Positions 26,538-40,687 are shown, numbered from the stretch's first letter. The stretch is DNA of 64,000 bases from Octopus vulgaris (GCA_951406725.2 OX597815.1:78306001-78370000), one strand, 5' to 3'. Notes: generated from the letters alone by a model not told the origin. Translations and numbers: made by a program.

Positions 26538-27240
26538 GTAAGTGTTTATGTATACATATACATTAATTTTTTCTTATATCTTCATTCTTTTATGTTTTAA
26601 ATGGTTTCAATAATTGGATTGTGGCCAGCTGGAGCATCATCTTCAAGAGTTTTAGTTGAGTAAATCAATAATAATACTGTGTCTTGTTTCACTATTCTCA
26701 AAAAATGCAAAATGCATAGAGGACATTGGTGTAAACAGATATAGGAAGATAACTGAGTCATACATAAATTCCACAGTATTTCTGTTGGAATGTGGCTTTT
26801 TATTTTCATCTCATATTGATATAGTCACACACCCTCATTATTCTAGAAATTTGAAGAGGAAAGTCATACGCACACGTACTTGTGCGTACATGTGCACACA
26901 TACACAGATGCACATACACTCCAACATACAGATGCACACATACACTTGAGTCAATTCTTTTATCAGTTTACACCGACAGGTTTGTATACACATCTATACA
27001 CATGCACAAACATACACACATACACACACAGACACACACACAAAAACACATCTGCATGTGTGTGTGTGTGTGTGTGTGCGTGTGTGTGCAGGTGTGCATA
27101 CTGAATCCGTGAACTCATTCAAACCTTTATCTAAAGTAGCAACCAGTTTGTCTAAATAACAAACAACTGTTCAAACGTTTAAAACAATGCAATATTTTCT
27201 GTTGACCTTTCATGGGCCATCAAAACCTTCTTTATTTCAG

Positions 27241-27394
27241 TCTGAACGGGACAAATGTTGGTCAGAATTCAGTTGCAGTACAAGGAAAATTAAAGCCAGA
27301 AGAAATAGTGGAAATATTCCAGTCTCAGTCTTCAAACTATATTTATTCAACAAATAGTTGTAAGAAAGGTAAAAACTGTGAAGCATATACACAG
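27241..27394 (+). CDS. CRISP-like protein exon (CAP)
   Basis: tttatttcag|LNGTNVGQNSVAVQGKLKPEEIVEIFQSQSSNYIYSTNSCKKGKNCEAYTQ|gtaagg; phase 2 to 0. Confidence 0.93.
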
Positions 27395-27856
27395 GTAAGG
27401 CAATGACAGTGGTCGTGGCAGTGATGGTGGTAGTTTTTGTTGTTTAGCACCATGTTAGAATGAATTCAACAGAATGGTAGTCAAAGAAGTTCCAGTCACT
27501 ATTGTCCTGTGTCTCTTTTTTCTCTTATGCAAGCTACTACGTCTCTAAGGCCTTCATTGGTCAAAGTTAGCTGTGTCTGCAACTGGAAATTCTCCAGAGC
27601 ACAGGGCTGTGCAAGCTTTTTTCTTTTCTTTTTTTTAAAGGTAAGAGTTGCAGTTACCCATTCAACAGCCCCTTTCCTCTCCCCTGATGTTGTCCAAATG
27701 AAAAGCAAGGACTGATACAGTTTGATGCCAGTGTCTTTACAAGTGGGCTTAGAACATAAAGAACTAGAACAAATACCACAAGGTATTTTGTCAAGCATTT
27801 TAATAATTTCACCAATAACATGCAGGAGTAACTATGTGGTAAGAAGCTTGCTTCCC

Positions 27857-28889
27857 GGTGATGCTTGAGGGACGCCCCACCCCCCACCCCCACCCCACAA
27901 GTGTCACCTGTACCTGGAGCCGGGACATATCAAAAAGAACTGCCCGAAGGACCTAAATAAGGTCCTGGAGGAGTTGATCAAAATACCACTCCCTGCTCCC
28001 TCAGTGGAGGAAGAGAGGGAGGAAGTCAAGGAGGTGGAAACCTCCTTGAAAAAAGGAAAGAAACGAAAGGTGAGCAACAATGGTTGCCCACAGAAGGATC
28101 CGAAGGCTGCAGGAGGAAGGGAGGATCTGCTGGACAAAGAGGAACACCACCCTCCCATGGCTCAAGGAAAAAAGTGGAAAGAAAAAGAAAAACAGGACAT
28201 TGCTGGCAGTTTGTGATACACTGCCGGCGTGTCCCCAAGTACCTTCCATGAGAATTGTGCCACTGAAGGTAGAAGATCCCTCCCATGATATGGAGGAGGA
28301 GTTTATGGTCCTCTTCAATAAGGGAGGGACAATAGAAAACTTCATCAAGAAGTTTAAAAGGAAAGGCCGAAGGGAGGGAACTCTGTCCTGCATGAAGGAC
28401 CCTGACTGGCCTTTGCAGGTGGCTGCGGAGGTCATATGGGAAACGGATCTGTGCAGGATAATGAACTCCTTCCCAGCGGACACTTTCAATTTTGCATTGA
28501 AGCGGCCTGACTTGACATCGTCCAGGTGTTTGACCAAGGCGGGCGAGAAGTCTAGTTGGGCTGGAAGATTTATAATGAATTGAAGTAAGAGCCTTGGTGA
28601 CACATTTGTATTGATTTATTGTATTACTCAGTTTTGACTTATGTAAGAGGTTACTGCTTCATAATGGCTTTTTTTTTGTAAGAGGTTAATTGCCTCCTTT
28701 ATGTTTTGTGATGTAAGAGGTTTGTTGCCTCAAATTGTATTTATAAAGAACAATGTGCTCGGGTAAACAGCAATCGGCAGGCATTGCTGTTGCCCTCACT
28801 ATTATCATATCGTCAATCATTTCATTTCATTATGTCCAGCCTGCAGCTTCCTTTTTTTGTAAGGCCCTTGTGGCTAATTGAATGAATAA
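27857..28889 (+). mobile_element. ORF1-only (HAL1-like) L1/Tx1-type retroelement fragment inserted in a SINE
   Basis: VMLEGRP..KCHLYLEPGHIKKNCPK (decayed CCHC knuckle), charged ORF ending at 28583, 3' UTR ending AATAAA; 16-bp TSD AAGAAGCTTGCTTCCC at 27841-27856 and 28890-28905. Confidence 0.7.
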
Positions 28890-30292
28890 AAGAAGCTTGC
28901 TTCCCAACCACATGGTTTGGGGTTCAGCCCCCACTGTGTGGCATCTTGCACAAGTGTCTTCTACTATAGCCTAGGGCTGACTAAAACCTTGTGAGTGGAT
29001 TTGGTAGACGGAAGCTAAAATAAGCCTGTCATATCTGTGTGTATGTGTGTGTGTGTGTGTCCTCCCCACCACCACTTGACAACCAGTGCTGGTGTGTTTG
29101 CATCCCTATAACTTAGCAATTTGGCAAAAGAGACCAATAGAATAAGTACCAGTCTTTTAAAAAGTAAGTACTGGGGTCGATACATTCAACTCAAAATTCC
29201 TTAAGGTGGTGCTCCAGCATGGCTGCATTCTGATGACTGAAATAAGTAAAAAGAAACACTAATGATTTTCATCAGCCAAGGATGATTTCCAGATAACAGA
29301 TAATCATCATTGTTTTATCATTGCTTCATCATCATCATCATCATTTACTTTTGCACAGGTCAGATTTTCTATGATTGGATATTCTTCTTGTCACCAACCC
29401 TCATTTGTTTCCAAGAAAGATGTTATTTCCCCATGGTCAAACATATTTACAATGAATTTTGGGAATAAATGATACAGCTCATATGACAGTGGCATTCACT
29501 TACAGCTCTCATGCAATGTCAAGATGGGGAGGAACAAATATACATACACTCATGCATATATTCATACATACACATATATATATATTCATATGTAATGGGC
29601 TTTTTTCAGTTTCGATTTGGCAACTCTACCTCACAAGGCTTTGGTTTGCTTGGGGCTATAGTAAAAGATATTTGTCCAAGATGTCTTGCAGTGGAACCAA
29701 ATCTTAGTCCATGTGGCTGGGAAGCAAGCTTCTTAACCACACAGCTACACCTGCATCCATCCATGCTTCACATATATACAACATACAGAAAATAGCACCA
29801 TCACACTGCACATATATATACATATATAATTTAGTTTACTCTCAATACAATTAAAAATACCAAACTAAAACATTGTACACAAACAAGACAGAGAGAATTC
29901 AGCCAGGTTGTCCCAATGAAAGTACACAATGAAAATAAGACACTAAAAAATCAGAAAAAGAAAAGAAGAAATAGGGAATAAGAAGAAAATCTATGGGTTT
30001 TATACTTATTCCTTACTTCTACAGGGTTATTTTTTTTTTTTCCTTATGGAATGGACAATAATATTTATGCATTAAGTATGTGCATTATGAAGAGAAGGGG
30101 ATATCTAATGCTTAGATCAGGGCCCTTCATTAATGAACATTCTTTTTTTTTTTTTTTTTTGCTTAAGTAAGTTTAGCAGTGAAAGTGCATAAATATTAAA
30201 TCCAACTTTTGAAATCTTTTAAGAAAAACTTCACTAATTTGCAAATGCTCCAAATAAAGGTTTTTTTTTTAATACTCAGTTCTTTATTGCAG

Positions 30293-30411
30293 TTAATATG
30301 GTATGAAACTAATAAAGTTGGTTGTGGTCAACAGTTCTGTGATAGTCTTCAATTTTCTGATGGTACCACAGAAAAACAATGGTGGATATATGTATGTGAT
30401 TATTCCCCACC
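30293..30411 (+). CDS. CRISP-like protein exon (CAP1/CAP2 motifs)
   Basis: ttattgcag|LIWYETNKVGCGQQFCDSLQFSDGTTEKQWWIYVCDYSPP|gtaagg; phase 0 to 2. Confidence 0.95.
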
Positions 30412-30632
30412 GTAAGGAAAATAGCAATTTTCTCTCCTTTCAATAAGTGTTCTGCATAATTTTCTAAATATTTTATACATATTCTAATTGCCTATTCAAT
30501 TTATTTTTTCCTTATTCCTTATTTTATGTAACTAGAAGATTACATAAAATGGAGAGATAAAAAAAAATCCAAGCTAACTATAATTGATATTCAAATCGAT
30601 TTCTTAGTTTGATGTCAGTTTCTCTTTCTCAG

Positions 30633-30730
30633 TGGAAATTATCCAGAACACCCATTCTTTCCATCAACTTATGAAGCATGTGAGCTCTGCAACTTAAGTC
30701 CAGGAACTCGCTGTTTACAAAATCAATGTA
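30633..30730 (+). CDS. CRISP-like protein exon (end of CAP plus Cys hinge)
   Basis: tctctttctcag|GNYPEHPFFPSTYEACELCNLSPGTRCLQNQC|gtaagt; completes YVCDYSPPGN; CxxC..C....C hinge; phase 2 to 1. Confidence 0.93.
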
Positions 30731-31254
30731 GTAAGTACGCAGTATTAACATTTTCTGTACCTAAATATTATTTTTGTATCAATGGGCCATGTGACTGTTG
30801 AGCAAAATTTCATTTATCAACATCTTACAACTTTTGACTAGCTGTCATTTTGTGTCCATCTATTGATATGGCAACTCCATCTGTCTCTTCAATAAGATCA
30901 CTGATAACATTACCTCATTCAATCATTACCATCTTCCAGTCTAAGAGAATCTAGGAAATTTATAGGTTATATTCCTTGTCTCAGAATAATAAATAAAACA
31001 ACAATAACATTAATAATGATGATGATGATGATAATAATAATAATAATAATCCCTTCTACAATGGACACAAGGCCTGAAATTTAGGGGAGGGTGCTAGTTA
31101 ATTATATCAACCAAAGTGCTCAATTGGTACTTATTTCATCAACCCTCAAAGGATGAAAGGCAAATTTGAACTCGGATCATTAAGACAGATGAAATGCCGC
31201 TAAGCATTTTGCTCGGCATGTTAACAGTTCTGCCAGTTCACCACCTTAATAGTA

Positions 31255-31373
<119 letters not shown>

Positions 31374-31380
31374 CATTATT

Positions 31381-31992
<612 letters not shown>

Positions 31993-32341
31993 TGTACTAA
32001 AAGCCTCCAGTTCTGGGGAAGGGAGTTAGTCAATAACTTTGACCACAGTGCTTGACTGGTACTTATTTCAGTGACCTCAAAAGGCTGAAAGGCAAAGTTG
32101 ACCTAGATGGAATTTGAACTCGGAATGTAAATGCTGCTAAGTATTTTGCCCAGTGTGCTAACGATTTTGCCAGCTCACTGCCTTAGTAATGATAATGATA
32201 GTAATAATAATAATGGTTTCAAATTTTACCACAAGGGCAGTAGTTTTGGGGGAGGGGATGAGCTGATTACATTGACCCCAGTGTTCAACTGGTACTTATT
32301 TTATCAACCCCAAAAGGATGAAAAGTAAAGTCGACTTCGAC

Positions 32342-32390
<49 letters not shown>

Positions 32391-32392
<2 letters not shown>

Positions 32393-32930
32393 GCCCCAAT
32401 GCAGTACCAGGCAGTGGCTCTCATGGATTCTGGCCTTAACTGATAGGAAGTATTATCATGTTTTGTCTTGGTGCAACAGATGGGCTACAGCAGATATTCT
32501 GCTCAATATCACAGATTTGCTAGTCAGTTGCTGGACTTTAACCAGTTGAGCATGTCCCTTTGTGGCTGACGATATGTGAATCTCTGATCATAAACAGAAG
32601 TAGTGGGGAAGCATCATAGCCATGTGCTGAAAGGAATTCTTTGGGTTTTGGATTATTCATCTCTGGAAACATGGGTGTTTCATTCAACATCCTTAAAAAA
32701 CCCTTATTCATGACCTTTTGAGTGAGATTGGCTACTCAACCTGAAGAAAATTCTAACTGGGCCCCACCTGCAAGGTTATGCACTGTTTATCTTGATATGA
32801 GATCACCATGTTGCACACATATGATTATGATGCATGTCCTTGGTGTACCCTTATCAAACAGGTAGTCATGATGGGTAAACTGGGTTTCATATATTTTACT
32901 CCAGTATCTCTTTGACACTACTCTCATCAC
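32391..32930 (+). mobile_element. Family E element, copy 2
   Basis: Starts ATGCCCCAATGCAGTACCAGGCAGTGGC after (AAT)n and ends in AAT repeats. Confidence 0.8.
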
Positions 32931-33008
32931 AATAATAATTATTATTATTATGATTATAATAAATGGAAACTCAGTAATATTAATTTTTTATTATCATTTA
33001 ATTTCCAG

Positions 33009-33041
33009 AATATTGTGACCCAGGACTGGAACCTGACTGCC
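33009..33041 (+). CDS. CRISP-like protein micro-exon (two-Cys linker)
   Basis: atttccag|KYCDPGLEPDC|gtgagt; 33 nt, phase 1-1. Confidence 0.8.
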
Positions 33042-33634
33042 GTGAGTTTGATTTTATGGTTAAATAATAATTCAATGAGATGAGGAAACATCATGATCAT
33101 CAGCATCATTGTTTTAACATTCACTATTCCATGCTTTCATGGGTTGGACAAAATTTGTGAATTTTCTTTTGGTAGATGTCCTTCTTGTTTATATATGTAT
33201 ATATAGATTCAGATGAATATGGTACCTAAGTTGAGGCACCAGAATTTAGTATGGTATTATCCATATAATGGATAATACCATACTAATACCCTAAAAAGCA
33301 GAAGTGAGTTAGAATGTTAAAACCTAGTGCACATGTACACCACAGTTCAAGGTCAATCTGTGCCAAGCAGCTTCACTTTGCACGTGTTAACTTTGTTACT
33401 ATAGCAACAGTCCAGATACTTATTGATCAGGCCATGTATACATATATAAAACAGGCTTCTTTCAGTTTCTATTTATGAAATTCGCTCACATAGCTTTGAT
33501 CAATTCATGGCTATAACAGAAGACACTAGCCCAAGGTGTTACACAAGGTGAGACTAAACCGAAAACCATGTGGTTGGGGAGCAAACTTCTTAGCGCAGAA
33601 CAATGCCTACACCTGGTAAATATACTTATATTCA

Positions 33635-35205
33635 TCATCATCATCATCATCATTTAACGTCTGTTCTCCATGCTAGCATGGATTGGACAGTTCGACCGGG
33701 GATCTGGGAAGCCAGAAGGCTGCACCAGGCTCCAGTCTGATCTGGCAGTGTTTCTACAGCTGGTTGCCCTTCCTAACGCCAACCACTCCGAGAGTGTAGT
33801 GGGTGCTTTTTACGTGCCAGGCGAGGCTGGCAATGGCCATGATCGGATTGGTGCTTTTTACGTGCCTAAAACTCATTTATTATTATTTGAGAAATAACTT
33901 CATCTATCATCATCATCATCATCAACATTTAATGTCTGTCTTCCATACTGGTATGGGTTGGACAGTTTGATGGGAACTGTCATATCTAGGGGCTGCACCA
34001 GGTTCCATAGTCTGTTTTAGCTTGGTTTCCACAGTTGGATGCCCTTCCTAACACCATCCACTTTGCAAAGTGTACTGGATACTTTTTATGTGGCACCATC
34101 ACTAGTGCCTTTTCAGTGGTGCCAGCATCAGTGCCTTTTATGTGACACTAGCACACACACAAGCACACACACACACACGTAGAAACAGGCATGGCTTTGT
34201 GGTTAAGAAATTTACTTCCCAACCATGTAGGGTTTTCTTTTAGGTTTTAATCACAGTAATCAACACCTTGGACAAGTGTTTTCTGCTATAGCCTCAAGTT
34301 GACCAAAGCCTTATGAGTGAATTTGGCAGAATTGAAAGAAGCTCATCATACATACATACATGCATTCATGCATGCATGCATGCATACATACATGCATACA
34401 TACATACATACATACATAAACATATGTGCGTGTGTGTATATATATATAAAACCCATGCCACTGTAGTTCATAGATGTTAACCAGGATGTGTGTGTGTGTG
34501 TGTATGTGTATGCACATGTGCACGTGCATGTGTGTGTGTGTTTCTGTGTTTGTAACTCCTTGCCTTGACATTGTGCAATACTTGTAAACAAGTGTCACTA
34601 TCATATAAGTGGTGTCATTTGTTTTCAAAATTTCATGAAAACATGTCCAACCATAGAGGAAAATATCACTTTGCTTGGAAACGGGACAAGCATCCAGACA
34701 TAGTAAATCTGCCTCAACAAATTTTGTCTGACCAATGCAAGTATGAAAATGTAGATGTTATGATGATGATGATGGTGTAAGCAATCAAATTAGATGCATT
34801 ATAGCATGAGTAAAAATTCTAATAAGTATTAAGAATACATTAGAATAATGCAAATATTATTGAAATCTGAGTTTGACAAGTATGATTGACAAAATGAGAC
34901 ATATTTCACTCTACTAGATCTCTTCAGCTAAGCACATCTTACTCTGTGCTTGCTAAACTAGGCACGCTGTGCCAGTGGCACGTAAAAAGCACCAACCGAT
35001 CGTGGCCACTGCCAGCCTCCCCTGGCACATAAAAAGCACCCACTACACTCACGGAGTGGTTGGCGTTAGGAAGGGCATCGAGCTGTAGAAACACTGCCAG
35101 ATCAGACTGGAGCCTGGTGCAGCATCTTGGCTTCCCAGACCCCGGTCAAACCGTCCAACCCATGCTAGCATGGAAAACGGACGTTAAACAATGATGATGA
35201 TGATG
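33635..35205. mobile_element. Cluster of SINE family D copies with (CAT)n tails in both orientations
   Basis: 33635-33866 and 33905-34150 (-) versus 34965-35205 (+); shared GGCGTTAGGAAGGGCATC motif. Confidence 0.65.
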
Positions 35206-35646
35206 ATCTGCATAATGATGCTGAAAATGTGTTTTAAAAGGAGGATAAAGGATAAAGATCCTTCCCAAGTCATATAGACTCATAGGACCAGTTTTCCAGA
35301 TTCCATGGTGCATACACTCCCCCACTGGATGGGACATCAGGCCATAACAGAATTACTCGTTTTTGCCAGCTGAGTGGACTGGAGCAACATGAAATGGAAT
35401 GTTTTTGCTCAAAAACACAATGCATAGCCAGGTCCAGGAATCAAAACTACAATCTTATGATCATGAGTCCAACACTGAGCCACGTTTCTGATTGTACCAG
35501 TGCTGGTCTAGATCAATATATCCCCTCTTCAGGTGGCAGATCTTTGTGCTCTCTTTAGAAGTTACATCACTACAATTATATTCTTGTAAAATTTAACTAA
35601 AATTTAATATTTTCTTAAATGAAACAAGTATAACTCTTATGTTTAG

Positions 35647-35773
35647 GACCCTTTAATTTCACACTTTGCCGTTCTGACAAGGACCCCTGTTGCCAAAATT
35701 GGGATCGCCAGTTCTGTATACCTGATACAGCTTACTTCAATTATATGGCACTTAATTGTGGCGCCACTTGTGA
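35647..35773 (+). CDS. CRISP-like protein exon (ShKT-like domain)
   Basis: gtttag|RPFNFTLCRSDKDPCCQNWDRQFCIPDTAYFNYMALNCGATC|gtaagt; C.D....C..W....C......YM..NC..TC is the ShKT pattern; phase 1 to 2. Confidence 0.88.
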
Positions 35774-35984
35774 GTAAGTAATCAAAATGTTTTGTTTCTT
35801 TAAGTTTTACCTCATCTAAATTAGCCCATTTTATATATTGAAATAGTCTTTGATGGAGACTTACTGCTGAGGGTTTTTTTTTCTTATTTTGCATGCTAAT
35901 AATAATAACATTGATAATGATATTTTTTCATTTGTCACAAGGGCTCAAGACATTGATGGATACAATGATGATAATAATAATAAT

Positions 35985-36061
<77 letters not shown>

Positions 36062-36088
36062 TAATAATAACAATAATAATAATAATAA

Positions 36089-36636
36089 ATGCCCTGATGC
36101 AGTACCAGGCAGTGGCTCTCATGGCTTCTGATCTTAACTGATTGGAAGTCTTATCATGTTTTGTCTTGGTGCAACAGATGGGCTACAGCAAATATTCTGC
36201 TCAATACCACAGATTCACTAGTCAGTTGCTGGACCTTAACCAGTTGAGTACGTCCCTTAGTGGCTGACTATATATGCATCTCTTATCATGAGCAGGAGTA
36301 GTAGGGTAGCATCATAGCTATATGCTGAGAGGGATTCTTTAGGGTTTGAATAATTCACCTATGGAAATATAGGTGTCTCATTCATCATCCATGCACAAAT
36401 CCTATTCAGAGACCTTTTGAGTGGGATGGGCTACTTGACTTGAAAAAAATTCTATCCAGGCTCCATCTGCAAGGTCATGCACAGTTTACCTTGATATAAA
36501 ATCACCATATTGCACATATATGGTTGTGATGTATGTGCCTGGTGTACCTTTATCAGATGGGTAGTCATGCTGAGTATATTGGGTTTCATATATTTGTACC
36601 CCAGTGTCCCTTTGATAGCATGTATTGGTCTCTCAC
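36089..36636 (+). mobile_element. Family E element, copy 3
   Basis: Same start (ATGCCCTGATGCAGTACCAGG) after an AAT/AAC tract; ends in TAA repeats. Confidence 0.8.
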
Positions 36637-37916
36637 GTAATAATAATAATAATATTAATGTTGATTTTAAATTTTTGCACAAGGCCAGCAATTTTGAGAT
36701 GCGTTAGTCAATACCATTGACTCCAGTACTTCACAAGTACTTTATTTTACTGACCCTGAAGGGGTGAAAGGCAAAGTTGGCTCCAGTCAAATTTGAAATG
36801 AGAAAGTAATAAGTTGGAAGAAATACCATTAGGCAATTTGTCTGACATGCTCACAGCCTTTCTTTACTCTACATGCCATTCTAAGTACCATCAACATCAG
36901 AAGCTTTTAATTCTATTTCTCACAATCCACTCATACAAAAAGATACTCAATGCCATAAGAAACGATACAAAACACTGTTTAGCCCACTATTTGTCAGGGC
37001 ACCAAGCCTATGTAATGTACAAGAACAACACTTCCAAACCTGAAATTTCCCAAATAAAATACCCAAGGATCTATTTTTCTCACCATTTCTTTTCATTCTA
37101 TGCCTATACAACCTTCTGACAGCTCCATAATACAATCAAAGAGCCTTATATACATATGAAATCACATTTATATCCACCCATCATTTTCCTGATTCTGCTG
37201 CACAACTTTTCCAACCTCTCCAAACTCTGCAACAACTAACTTGAAGAAATCTTAACCAATTGGTGAGACTACTAAGTTTGTTGCATTTATTTAAAGCTGA
37301 GTTAACTCTGCATGCAAGTGTCAGACATCTTTACTATGCACACAGCACAGTACCAATGGCAGTTTATGAATTTGGAGCTCTAGCTCTCAATAGTCTTGCA
37401 CATAAGTGTTGTGTGACACATCAATAATTTAACTACCTGTATTCCATGAAATTGTAACTACAACAGAAGTAAAAGCAGTAGTAGCAACAGTGGAAGTTCT
37501 GCTTTGTATTATTGTTGCTTAAACAGACCTATGTTTAAAAGCATTCCAGCCATGACCTCTCAGTTATAAGGGAACTACATTACCCATTGTGTCCTTTCTT
37601 TTCTCCGAACAGTAGAATGTGATTTGTATAAGATTTGGCTGCTATGTCTGTCTGGTTAAAATGTTATATTGTGAGATACGATAATGTGCTAGGGTATAGT
37701 ATAGTATAGTACGGTATGTTATAGTATAATATTGTGTATTAAGGTGAAGTTATTGGTATGTTACCATTGATATAATAAATATAATAAATCTGGTATGTTA
37801 TAATTTAGTGTGGTGTGCTCAGATGAAGTAAGTAGTGTGTTATCATTTATGTATAATATAGTGAATTGTCTATAAAACAAGAAGAAGTGTTAACAAACTA
37901 TATGTTTATTTTTCAG

Positions 37917-37938
37917 TTCATATATGTGTTTGTTTTAA
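37917..37938 (+). CDS. CRISP-like protein terminal coding exon (DSYMCLF*)
   Basis: gtttatttttcag acceptor; supplies the last ShKT Cys and TAA; spliced CDS of nine exons is 903 nt (300 aa). Confidence 0.7.
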
Positions 37939-38144
37939 TGAATATTCCACGAGGACAGACAATATACAGCTAGAAATAACCCAGTGAAATACATAGCTTG
38001 AAGAAACCCAGTGAGAATATAGCAAGTGAACAAACTGCTTTGACTGGATTAATTTGAAATTGAACCCATAACATACTCATCAAAACACATTCTTAACATC
38101 TCATTGTCTGCCAAAACATCAAATGTCAAACAAAATAATTATCA

Positions 38145-38150
38145 AATAAA
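38145..38150 (+). terminator. Putative polyadenylation signal
   Basis: AATAAA about 205 nt after the stop codon, followed by T-rich sequence. Confidence 0.55.
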
Positions 38151-39244
38151 AGTAATATTGATACTGAATTTTTTCTATTATTTCAAGTTGATCTTTTTAT
38201 TCTTTTATTGATCTTCATCACTGAACTGTATCCAGGATGGGATGCTGCATTGAAAAGTCATTTAATTTAATCTCGGTACTTTGTCTTATACTTATTCCAT
38301 TGCTCTTGTATTGTGTGTGTGTGAGCATGTATATGTTTGTATATTAACAAAAGTACCAACTCAGCATCATTTTGAGTATATGTGCACTTGTAAACCATAT
38401 ATGATATCGTTAATAAATTTGTGAATATCTCACAGAATATTCAAAAGCTAAGAATGAGGAATCAGCCAACATGGGTTTTGCATTTCTCAAGACTCATCAA
38501 AATCACTTACCTCACCTCTCTTTGACACTGTGCAAAGTAAAAGTAATAAGTATGAAATGAAAAGAGCTGGCAGGCAATTGCTGAAATAAAGGTCTTTGTC
38601 TTTTAAAGACCAAGTGCTTGAAGAAAAGAATTGCATAATGTGCAGATCTTTTGACTACCAACACATCAAGTTACATAGAGCTAACATGGAATCTTTTAAA
38701 AAACCATGAGCACAACAACCCATTTCCACCTGAAGAGCTCCACTGCATTTTAAAGCACAATTGAAAATCTCTGGAAGTAACAAATAATGCACAAGCATCT
38801 ACAAATGGATCACAGTGTTGTCTTCTGTGTTTTACAGAGAAACACCTCGTCATCTGTCAATCCCTCCTTATCTTAAATATACAAACTAATTTTGTGTAGG
38901 AACCATGCCAAAATAGACATCAAACTCGTTAGATCCTGTCAAGCCATTCAACCTATGTCAGCATAGAACATGGGTGTTAAAAGATGCTGATAATGATGAT
39001 GATGATGAGGGAGTAATTTTATTCAGCTGAATAAACGTCATTGATTGGGTGAAATTACCAAAATACGAGAACTTTAACGTGAAATAACTTCGTAAATATA
39101 AGTTTTTCTCAAAAATGCTAAGAGTAAAAGATGTTTTATATGACACATTCTACTAGTGTCCGAAGTTTGAAAGTGTTAAGTTACAAAAAATTATTTTTTA
39201 AATCTGTAGGTCAAAAGGTAAAGATCCGAAAAAAAATTTAGATT

Positions 39245-39455
39245 AATTTATTTTTCGTTTGAGTAATAGAAAAAGGTTTTAAAAAAAGGCCCCATGTATC
39301 ATGGTGAGAGAAACAAATTCATAAATACGGTGTTGAATATGGTTTCACTATGGAAAAAAAGAAGTTAAGGGCGACTTAGCTCTTAATTCTAGCACATCTC
39401 CACCGTTAGGAACCTCTTTAAGACCTTTTTCTATTACTCAAACGAAAAATAAATG
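39245..39455. repeat. MITE-like inverted repeat
   Basis: ATTTTTCGTTTGAGTAATAGAAAAAGGT (about 39250) and ACCTTTTTCTATTACTCAAACGAAAAAT (about 39425). Confidence 0.55.
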
Positions 39456-40687
39456 AGCTTAAAATTCTTTTTTAAAACTTATGTCCATTACACTCAAGCA
39501 AAAAAATAATTTATGAATTTCTTTCTCTTCGAAAGTCCTCGCCCCAACCCTTGGAAAAACTTTTCTCCACAAATTTCTTTATAATCGTAATCTATGCCGT
39601 TTGAAAGGTACTTATATAAAATGTCATCAAAAGATATCCATTTTTCTAAAATTTATGAGGGAAAAAATTCGGATCTTGCGAATTTTCTGAAAGTCCTCTC
39701 CTCACCCTCCGGTTCGTTGGCGCACATTTTTGTTTTCATATTCGTTTTTTAACACATATTTCATTTATTGTTTTTGTTTTGATGGCCAGGTTTTTAAAGT
39801 AAACATTAACCGATCATTTGCCTAGTTGATATAGTTTTTATAAAACAGTGAACATTTATTTAAAAAAAATTTTTTTTTGTTCTCAGTCAAAACTGCAACA
39901 AATCTTACTCATTGTGCCCCACCCCATCCTCCGTCTAAGACACGTTGGTTGTCTCTCTCCATCTTTTCTCTCTTCGTCTTTTCTTTCTGTAACCTATTTT
40001 TCCTGAGCGTAAACCTAATACACAACAATTCTTTGTTTTTTACCGCATATCCGTTTTTAAATTTTTGCACTATACACACACACACACACACACACACATA
40101 ATACAGAACACAGTCCATCGGTTTATTGTCTTTGGTCGATATGACTCGAATAAAAACCGCGAAATTCTAATTGAAAAATTAATACATTTACACCTACGCA
40201 AGCATACCCGAACACGAAATGTTCCACTGAATTGTTTGTTTGCGTCAGACGGAGTCGACGTTGACTGGTATAGTAAAACAAAGACATACATACATACATA
40301 CATAATTATTATATCAACGCCCACGTACAAGCGCACCCTCCACGTACAAATGCATAAATTCAAACATGCGCACCACATACAAATACATTAGCACAAGTAC
40401 CCACTCAGTCATCCCTTCACAAACATGCACACACAATTAACTGCCCCAAATCCTCTCGAATTACCATCACCGGAAATAGGCTGTTGAAGTCTTCACCTGC
40501 GTACATCAGTTGCTTACTTAAAATAATCTCGACGCAGTCTTCAATCTGGATAGAAACTAAGGGACAGAGAGGGAGATTGGTGTTTACACTTCTTTCATAT
40601 TTACCTCAATGTAGTTACCCTTAAAATATTTCCCCTCTCACAAGGATATTCATTGTAACTTATGTTTTGGTTATATATATATATACA

